NCBI GenBank assembly: GCA_964016885.1
Contig: OZ024742.1
Span: forward strand, 250,666,001-250,730,000
Direction: 5' to 3'
Source of the DNA: Eledone cirrhosa
Lineage: Eukaryota
DNA: 64,000 bases
The notes below the pieces were generated by a model. That model was not told the DNA's origin. It did no database searches and worked only from the letters and a program-made list of their open reading frames with translations. Below, in pieces: positions 63,904 to 64,000 of this stretch (its first letter is position 1; every line of letters begins with the position of its first letter). A program made the position numbers and the translations under genes.

Positions 63904-64000
63904 CTGCTTCTATATCTTTCTCATTTCCTCTCTCTTCTTCTCTGGAAGAAATTGGTTGTGTTCAGACCTAATGAGGGTGTAGATTCTTGCAAGTTTAAAG

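Overview
This is repeat-saturated, AT-rich animal DNA. The SINE families suggest an octopus or other coleoid cephalopod, which is an inference. I find no supportable host-gene exon, and almost all long ORFs in the track are translations of microsatellites or minisatellites. Recognisable content: huge (TA)n-derived arrays, many tRNA-derived SINEs, four Helitron derivatives (one with a Pif1-helicase C-terminal remnant), a decayed CRE-type non-LTR fragment, an RTE LINE fragment with a 5' inversion, a non-autonomous RTE-derived family in (CATA)n, a TA-flanked MITE and a decayed Penelope-like (GIY-YIG) element. The main signal is a dense set of hammerhead-ribozyme (HHR) elements embedded in the TA arrays. 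Two diverged ~310-nt retrozyme-like monomers (16957-17341 + and 17884-18211 -) face each other across one TA array. Each has a type I HHR with a long helix I and a terminal direct repeat, and their hairpins covary (GCAA versus UUCG tetraloop). Eight other islands are fold-back or inverted-repeat structures, and most break in or next to an HHR helix II. Ribozyme activity, expression and novelty cannot be established from the sequence alone.
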